Part shown: positions 57,036 through 62,891 of the stretch, piece after piece | Layout of the letters: every line of letters begins with the position of its first letter | Position numbering within the stretch: the stretch's first letter is position 1 | Source of the DNA: Candidatus Woesearchaeota archaeon | Lineage (GTDB): Archaea > Nanobdellota > Nanobdellia > Woesearchaeales > GW2011-AR9 | Direction of reading: 5' to 3' | Length of the DNA: 62,891 nt | NCBI GenBank assembly: GCA_023265685.1 | Contig: JAHFSP010000004.1 | Span: forward strand, 1 to 62,891 | The notes under the pieces: generated by a model | Databases searched by the model: none | Told to the model about the DNA's origin: nothing | The model's input: only the letters and a program-made list of their open reading frames with translations | Program-made: the position numbers and the translations under genes

Positions 57036-58289
57036 ATGAAAAGAGGCATCGAAAACAAGCTGCATCATGAGCTACTCTACTCTTCTAAACGCATCAATCT
57101 CTTCAAATCCATTCCTCTCAATAATCAAGGGTTTACGTTACTTGATCTTCCCAGCAAAATTCAACACGAAGTCATGAATCAATGTACCGATCTTGAACTT
57201 AATAAAATTCTCAACTATCTGGATCCAGACCAAATCACCGATCTTCTTCAACTTCTCGAAGACAAAAGGCAACGCTCCTTACTTAAAAAAATGAATCAAG
57301 AAAATTCAGATAAAGTAACTATCTTACTCAAATTCGATCCCAAAACGGCAGCAGGATTAATGAGTCTGGAATATATTGAAATTAGCAAAAATCTTACTAT
57401 TGAAAAAGTTGCCGACAGACTTCGTAACCATGAACAACGAGCTGGAAAAGTGCCCACTCTTCTCGTCGTTGAAAATGGCTTTTTACAAGGTGAACTCCCG
57501 ATGCACGCAGTAGCCATGGCTGATCGAAAAGAAAAAATTACCAAATACATCTCACCATTACCCACTATCTCAGCAAACCAAGATCATGATAAAATTCTTG
57601 AAATATTTCGCCATCACAAACATACAAAAATTATTGTTCTCAATCAAGATAAAAGTATTTTAGGAGTTATCTATCCTGATGATGTTCTTCAACTCATAGA
57701 CAAACGCGAAGGTCGTAACCTCAAAAAAGCAGCTGGTGTTCACGATGAAGAAGAAGTCTACGACTCATTTCTTAAAAAAGTCAAATACCGCTGGGGCTGG
57801 TTAGTCATCAACCTCGCCACTGCCTTTCTTGCAGCATCAGTTGTAAGCTTGTTTGAGGATACCATCTCAAAATATGTCTTACTCGCAGCGTTTATGCCTA
57901 TTATTGCAGGAATGGGGGGTAATGCTGCAACTCAAACCATGGCTGTTTTTGTTCGTGGTATTGCCCTTAAAGAAATCGAGCTCAATAAATACGCCATCGA
58001 AGCTATCAGCAACGAAGTTACTGCCGGAGTGATAAACGGATTTATTACGGGAGGTATTGCTGCAGTAGTTGCTCTCTATTGGGACAAAAATCCCATGCTG
58101 GGTGTTGTGGTAGGATGTGGCGTTTTAATCAACATGATGGTCGCTGGCTTTTTCGGCGCGCTCATTCCTCTCATCATGAAAAAACTAGGCAAAGATCCAG
58201 CATCCTCTGCCACTATTTTCATCACCACTGCAACCGATGTTTTAGGATTCTTAGCATTCTTAGGATTAGCAACGTATTTGTTGTTGTAG
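57036..58289 (+). CDS. mgtE: Magnesium transporter MgtE
   Basis: TAAGLMS, CBS pair, RWGWL, PIIAGMGGNAATQT, DPASS...TTATD. Confidence 0.95.
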   Translation: MKRGIENKLHHELLYSSKRINLFKSIPLNNQGFTLLDLPSKIQHEVMNQCTDLELNKILNYLDPDQITDLLQLLEDKRQRSLLKKMNQENSDKVTILLKFDPKTAAGLMSLEYIEISKNLTIEKVADRLRNHEQRAGKVPTLLVVENGFLQGELPMHAVAMADRKEKITKYISPLPTISANQDHDKILEIFRHHKHTKIIVLNQDKSILGVIYPDDVLQLIDKREGRNLKKAAGVHDEEEVYDSFLKKVKYRWGWLVINLATAFLAASVVSLFEDTISKYVLLAAFMPIIAGMGGNAATQTMAVFVRGIALKEIELNKYAIEAISNEVTAGVINGFITGGIAAVVALYWDKNPMLGVVVGCGVLINMMVAGFFGALIPLIMKKLGKDPASSATIFITTATDVLGFLAFLGLATYLLL

Positions 58290-58321
58290 ATTAATTTGAG
58301 AGAATGTTAATTTTACTGTTC

Positions 58322-58972
58322 CTAGTATTTAATTCTTCCAGAGTTTATAATAAAATCTGCCTTTACTCGTTCCGTTTCATAAAGAAGATTATCATTAGCC
58401 TCAAATGCTTCAAAGTAAAAAGCACGTAGTTCATCAGTAATACCTCTATTACGTGTTGCGAGATTATGGTGTCTACTTATGGGATTTACAATATGTACTC
58501 TGTACGTTGTAAATTGAGAATCAACCTGACAGGCAGTTACCAGTGCACCATTGAATGTTTCAGTCCAATCTTTAAGTGATTTCACTTTGGCCCTATAACC
58601 ATCTTCATTTGCCCAAAACTCATCTATAAGAAGAATATTGGGGGTAGGTAATAAATAAGAAAGAATAGTGCTTTTTCCAGACGCAGGTTTTCCTGTCATC
58701 CCAACAATATGGCCATCTAACAAATGGCCCCTAATATTTTTTATTCCTTCATCCAAGGGCACTGCTAGGTCTACACTATCAATTAAGTCTTTAAGACCAG
58801 TACAAGCGTAAAATTTGTTGAGTTCATTCAAAGCATCTGCTACTCCGCTATCATCCCTATGAATGGCTGCGACCACGAGAAACCGAGAATTACTAAGCGC
58901 ACCGCTAATCTTATCTTGTTCTATTCCTAGTTGTTCAAGATTCCTACGTGCAACAGTATACTCATTAGACAT
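58322..58972 (-). CDS. P-loop kinase-like protein
   Basis: VGMTGKPASGKST Walker A, LLIDE, KADFII. Confidence 0.7.
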   Translation of the reverse strand: MSNEYTVARRNLEQLGIEQDKISGALSNSRFLVVAAIHRDDSGVADALNELNKFYACTGLKDLIDSVDLAVPLDEGIKNIRGHLLDGHIVGMTGKPASGKSTILSYLLPTPNILLIDEFWANEDGYRAKVKSLKDWTETFNGALVTACQVDSQFTTYRVHIVNPISRHHNLATRNRGITDELRAFYFEAFEANDNLLYETERVKADFIINSGRIKY

Positions 58973-59149
58973 AAGATGCCCAGAAACAAAATGTACTTTT
59001 AAATCTTTCTAATGGTGTCACTATTTAGTAGTTTCAAATAGATTTTATAATTTTTTAGACTTTTTTACCATTTCTAAATTCGTAACATTCTACAATCACA
59101 GCCTTACCCATTCTATACCTTTAAAAAGAGACTAAGAACTCTTCGCTTT

Positions 59150-60559
59150 ATGACAAACAGCAATCACGATCATCACGCGCAAGGAAAAGATCTCTCTACA
59201 GATCTCACCAAAGGTCCAATTCTTAACCAACTCTGGTCTCTTGCTTGGCCAATGATGCTCTCCGTTTTCTTCTACACACTCTACAATCTTGTTGATGCAT
59301 ATTGGGTAAGTAAAATTTCTCCACAAGCCATTGCTGCTGTTGGCATTTCTCAAGTAACATTAATGATTACCATGTCCATTGGCTTTGGTATAACGGTGGG
59401 ATCCGGAGTAATCATGTCCATGAATATCGGTGCAAAAAACCATAAAGAAGCAGAACGTATCTTAGGTCAATCATTTGTTCTTGCGATCATTTTAGGAATT
59501 GTTTTTACCATCATCTCATTAGCATTTCGTAATGAACTCCTCATCGCCTCAGGTGCCGCAGGAGCAATCTTTGAACCCGCAAAAGAATACTTCAATATTG
59601 TTGCGGGAGGCTCAGTACTTCTTTTTTTACTTATCAACATCATGTTTGCATTTAATGCGCAGGGAGACACTAACACCCTCACCAAACTCTTTGCTCTCTC
59701 TACGCTTGTTAATCTCGTCTTAGATCCCATCATGATCTTCGGATGGCTTGGCTTTCCTGCAATGGGTATTGCTGGTGCTGCCGTTGCAACACTCATCTCT
59801 CAACTTGTCTTCATTGTTATAGCGATTCGTTCTCTTGGTGGAAAACACCGTAGCATCCGATTTCATTTTAGTAATCTCACATTCAAATGGGAATCAGTCA
59901 AAGCAGTTCTCAAAATTGGATTGCCAGCAGCGCTCACACAAGTAATCTACCCTGTAGGACTTGCTGCCCTCACCTATCTCACGGCATTACGCTTCCTTGA
60001 ACCAGGCACTATTGCATTAAGTCTTGGCTTGCGTGTTGAATTTTTTGCATTCCTTCCTGCTGTAGGGTTCGGCTTTGCTGCCATGGCCATGATCGGCCAA
60101 AATCTAGGAGCCGGTAATCTCAACCGCGCAAAAGAAGTCTTATCCAAAGCTCTCAAATATGGTTTTTGTGCTGCCGCAGGACTTGGCGTTCTCGTTGCTA
60201 TTTTTGCTGTCCCAATCGTGCACGCGTTTACCACTGATCCTCAAGTTGTCAAAGACACAGTATCATATCTACGAATCGTTGCGCTACTTAGCTATGGATT
60301 ACTCGCTCTAGCTATGATCGAAGCAAGTGCCTTTCAAGCACTCGGAAAATCCTGGCCAGGATTCTGGATTTTCTTTCTACGCTTTGTCGTCATAACTCTT
60401 CCCCTCACCTACATCTTAACAAGCGTGTTGGATTACCCCATTATTGCCGTATGGATCTCCATTGTCATCGGAAGCCTCATCTCTGCAGTGATTGGATACT
60501 TCTGGATCCGCAACCACATGACCAAAAAAGACTTAGAACAAGTACCCGTTCATGCGTGA
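59150..60559 (+). CDS. MATE-family efflux transporter
   Basis: LTKGPIL..LWSLAWP, YNLVD, NLVLDPIMIFG, GIAGAAVAT, 12 TMs. Confidence 0.95.
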   Translation: MTNSNHDHHAQGKDLSTDLTKGPILNQLWSLAWPMMLSVFFYTLYNLVDAYWVSKISPQAIAAVGISQVTLMITMSIGFGITVGSGVIMSMNIGAKNHKEAERILGQSFVLAIILGIVFTIISLAFRNELLIASGAAGAIFEPAKEYFNIVAGGSVLLFLLINIMFAFNAQGDTNTLTKLFALSTLVNLVLDPIMIFGWLGFPAMGIAGAAVATLISQLVFIVIAIRSLGGKHRSIRFHFSNLTFKWESVKAVLKIGLPAALTQVIYPVGLAALTYLTALRFLEPGTIALSLGLRVEFFAFLPAVGFGFAAMAMIGQNLGAGNLNRAKEVLSKALKYGFCAAAGLGVLVAIFAVPIVHAFTTDPQVVKDTVSYLRIVALLSYGLLALAMIEASAFQALGKSWPGFWIFFLRFVVITLPLTYILTSVLDYPIIAVWISIVIGSLISAVIGYFWIRNHMTKKDLEQVPVHA

Positions 60560-60628
60560 GAATTTTTTTAAATTTCTTTCACTTCTTAATTATTAGAAAA
60601 AATTAAATTTTTACAAAAAACCAATTAC

Positions 60629-61213
60629 TTACTGACCTAACTTTCTCAATCCTTTATTATTAAATTCCATGGCAAACGCTCGCAGATAATGAAAAACACC
60701 TTCTCCACCATCGCGAAGATTATGCGTATACCAAGTATGAAAGCTCATTGTATCATCTTCGATAGAGAAAGCGTATTGTTGTGCTACCTCTTGCGGTAAT
60801 GGATGTGGCGTCCTTCCAGGATAAATTTCAAATTCTCGTGGTGTACTTGGCAAAAGATCAATACTTACAGACCCAAGTTCAAGAGTAAACTGGTTAGTGG
60901 CCGGCTGGATATGAGATTGTATTCTTGTGTAAGGTATTTCACGTTGATCATTCCCATCAATGATTCCAGTATCTTTAACTGTCAAACCTAAATTAGTGCC
61001 TAACATTCTCTCAATAGTAGAAATATCTCTACGAAGAGCTTCAGGCATTCCCGCACGTACCTCGCCAATAAAGTCAGAATCGAGACGTAAAGCAGAGCCA
61101 TATACTAACGGATGAATGGGGATTTGAGACGGATATAAAATTGGCCTTCCCATAACTATGCCCCTTCTTTCAGGATCAACGAAATACTCTGGCAATAATG
61201 GAGATATGTCCAT
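60629..61213 (-). CDS. Hypothetical protein
   Basis: About 194-aa ORF, no motif recognised. Confidence 0.55.
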   Translation of the reverse strand: MDISPLLPEYFVDPERRGIVMGRPILYPSQIPIHPLVYGSALRLDSDFIGEVRAGMPEALRRDISTIERMLGTNLGLTVKDTGIIDGNDQREIPYTRIQSHIQPATNQFTLELGSVSIDLLPSTPREFEIYPGRTPHPLPQEVAQQYAFSIEDDTMSFHTWYTHNLRDGGEGVFHYLRAFAMEFNNKGLRKLGQ

Positions 61214-61338
61214 AATCAATTTTAGAATAGTTTCTTTAAAAAACCTCTCTGCGTTAAGATTGACCCTTAATTTTTAATAAATCTAACAATTCTAATTTTA
61301 GAGAAAGATTTATAATATTCTAAAATTAAGAATAACAC

Positions 61339-61521
61339 ATGAATTTTGGACATACAATTTTAGGTCTTGCATTAAGTTTTTTAGGTTTTATTGTGATGGG
61401 ATTGAGTTTCTTTGCTTTCTTGATCCACTTTTTAGTAGGTCTCATAGTTGTTCTAATTGGTGCTGCACTTTTTCTTTATGGGATCGGTTTAGCAAGAAGT
61501 GGTGCAGGAATTCATTTTTAG
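61339..61521 (+). CDS. Small two-TM membrane protein
   Basis: 60 aa, almost entirely hydrophobic; TATA-like TTTATAAT upstream. Confidence 0.6.
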   Translation: MNFGHTILGLALSFLGFIVMGLSFFAFLIHFLVGLIVVLIGAALFLYGIGLARSGAGIHF

Positions 61522-61563
61522 GTATTTTTTCTTCCAATCTAAGCCCCGAACGGCAATTTTTCC

Positions 61564-61627
61564 ATCTTCCAGAATGTTTATATTACATCCATTAAATCTC
61601 AAAACCAATGGTTGAACTTATTGTTAC
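61564..61627 (+). repeat. 64-bp direct repeat copy 1 (promoter + first 7 codons)
   Basis: 57/64 identical to 62074-62137. Confidence 0.92.
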
Positions 61628-62024
61628 TGCTTTATTGTATCTTTTTTTAATACCTGCAGTTCTCTTGTTCCTATCTAGATATCTTCATGAGAATGCTCAT
61701 TATATTGTTCTAAAAAAGTATTTTGTTAAAGCTAAATTTCCAAAATTTAACTTTTTCAGTGTGAATAAAGGCAGTTTCGTAGAAGTCATAGATAATGATG
61801 CATACGATAAATTAGAATGGAAAAGAAAAGTGTGTGTCTCATTGGCAGGATTAATTACAGATTTTCTTCTTAGCTTAATTTTTTTAACAATCTATTATTA
61901 TTTTAAAGTAGATCTTTGGTTGTATTGCGGCCTATTTTCTGTAATATTCTACACTTTTATTGGTACCCTAGCAGGAAGAGATAGGGTTCAATTTCTAAAA
62001 GCTATAAGAGAAAGAAACCAGTAA
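61608..62024 (+). CDS. Small M50-like membrane zinc metalloprotease
   Basis: YLHENAH (HExxH) after a TM, KVCVSLAG (LAGP-like), late GRD. Confidence 0.65.
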   Translation: MVELIVTALLYLFLIPAVLLFLSRYLHENAHYIVLKKYFVKAKFPKFNFFSVNKGSFVEVIDNDAYDKLEWKRKVCVSLAGLITDFLLSLIFLTIYYYFKVDLWLYCGLFSVIFYTFIGTLAGRDRVQFLKAIRERNQ

Positions 62025-62073
62025 TAAAAATTACTCCTATTTTTACTTATCCAATGCTTGTCTCCAAACAAAG

Positions 62074-62137
62074 ATCTTCCAGAACATTTATATTACATCC
62101 ACTAAATTCCAAAACCAATGGTTGAACTCATTGTCAC
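62074..62137 (+). repeat. 64-bp direct repeat copy 2 (topA promoter + first 7 codons)
   Basis: 57/64 identical to 61564-61627; TATA TTTATATT at 62087-62094. Confidence 0.92.
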
Positions 62138-62891
62138 AGAAAAACCCAGCTCCGCAGCAAAAGTAGCACAAGCTCTCGCAGATGGTAAACCGGTTCAAAA
62201 GAAAAGTAAACAAGCAACCTATTTTGAAATTACTCATAATGGTAAAGACATCATTGTTACCTCAGCTGTTGGCCATCTCTACGGCCTCGTCGAAGAAAAC
62301 AAAAAGAGTTGGGCCTATCCAGTATTTGATGTTAAGTGGGAAGCATCTTACAAAAGTGGTAAAGAACTCGCCTACGTCAAAGATTACATTGATAACATTG
62401 AAGCGCTCGCCAAAAAAGCAACCGAGTTTACGATTGCCTGCGATTACGATGTTGAAGGAGAAGTTATTGGCTACAACGTTGTACGATTTGCCTGTAAAAA
62501 GAAAGACGCCAATCGGATGAAATTCTCCACGCTCACCAAACCAGATCTTGTGGAAGCCTACGAACAAAAAGTCAAACATCTTGATTGGGGTCAAGCCTAT
62601 GCCGGAGAAACTCGTCATAAATTAGATTGGTTCTACGGAATTAATCTCTCTCGTGCGTTAACAGCAAGTGTAAAAGCAGCAGGATCATTTAAAGTCATGT
62701 CTGTAGGTCGTGTCCAAGGTCCAGCTCTTAAACTTCTCGTTGATCGAGAACGTGAAATTCAAGCCTTCGTACCAGAACCTTTTTGGCTCATCCAACTTCT
62801 CGGCGATTTCAAAAAAATTGATATCGAAGCTTTTCATGAAGCCGATAAAATTTTTGACAAAAACGAAGTCGAAAGAATTCTCAAAACAATC
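62118..62891 (+). CDS. topA: DNA topoisomerase I (type IA), 5' part, runs off the window (absent from the ORF track)
   Basis: My translation: MVELIVTEKPSSAAKVAQAL...SAVGHLY...ACDYDVEGEVIG...FSTLT...DWFYGINLSR...SVGRVQGPAL (Toprim and IA motifs). Confidence 0.95.
   Translation, partial: MVELIVTEKPSSAAKVAQALADGKPVQKKSKQATYFEITHNGKDIIVTSAVGHLYGLVEENKKSWAYPVFDVKWEASYKSGKELAYVKDYIDNIEALAKKATEFTIACDYDVEGEVIGYNVVRFACKKKDANRMKFSTLTKPDLVEAYEQKVKHLDWGQAYAGETRHKLDWFYGINLSRALTASVKAAGSFKVMSVGRVQGPALKLLVDREREIQAFVPEPFWLIQLLGDFKKIDIEAFHEADKIFDKNEVERILKTI

Noticed and set aside
62182-62618. ORFs 62182-62520 (+) and 62262-62618 (-)
   Set aside because: Shadows of the real topA frame starting at 62118, which the track missed because it has no stop in the window.
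1-62891. CRISPR arrays, tRNA and rRNA genes
   Set aside because: No regularly spaced repeats, T-loop/cloverleaf signatures or rRNA-like tracts were recognised by eye; tRNAscan-SE and CRISPR finders would be needed to exclude them formally.

Overview
About 63 kb of archaeal chromosome, most consistent with a DPANN (Woesearchaeota-like) archaeon. The evidence is a fused PriS-PriL primase, rpoL, the rpl21e-rpoF-DUF655 cluster, elp3, dph5, NreA, a PAC2 chaperone and an archaeal-type topoisomerase IA running off the right edge. Housekeeping genes are interleaved with bacterial-type acquisitions (folB/folK, U32 plus ferredoxin, chorismate mutase, topoisomerase IB, a copper-resistance cluster, Prx/SOD, MgtE, MATE, Kef) and many ORFans. 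I recognised no rRNA, tRNA or CRISPR array. The most unusual observations are: (1) a translationally coupled pair of an intact serine recombinase and a paralogue whose catalytic domain is replaced by an HNH nuclease (4465-5825); (2) a dispersed, highly palindromic non-coding element in two copies (2025-2182 and 31645-31974), the second carrying three 53-60 bp twin-hairpin inserts, each with CAAGAAA...TTTCTTG-type ends and 2-bp flanking duplications; (3) an integron-integrase-like tyrosine recombinase behind an attC-like hairpin; (4) an IS200/IS605 right end that supplies the primase stop codon; (5) a 64-bp duplication giving an M50-like protease gene the topA promoter and first 7 codons; (6) a hybrid ThrRS; and (7) an abrupt GC-skew inversion near 46.5-46.8 kb. 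All family assignments come from motif recognition by eye; no database searches were run.
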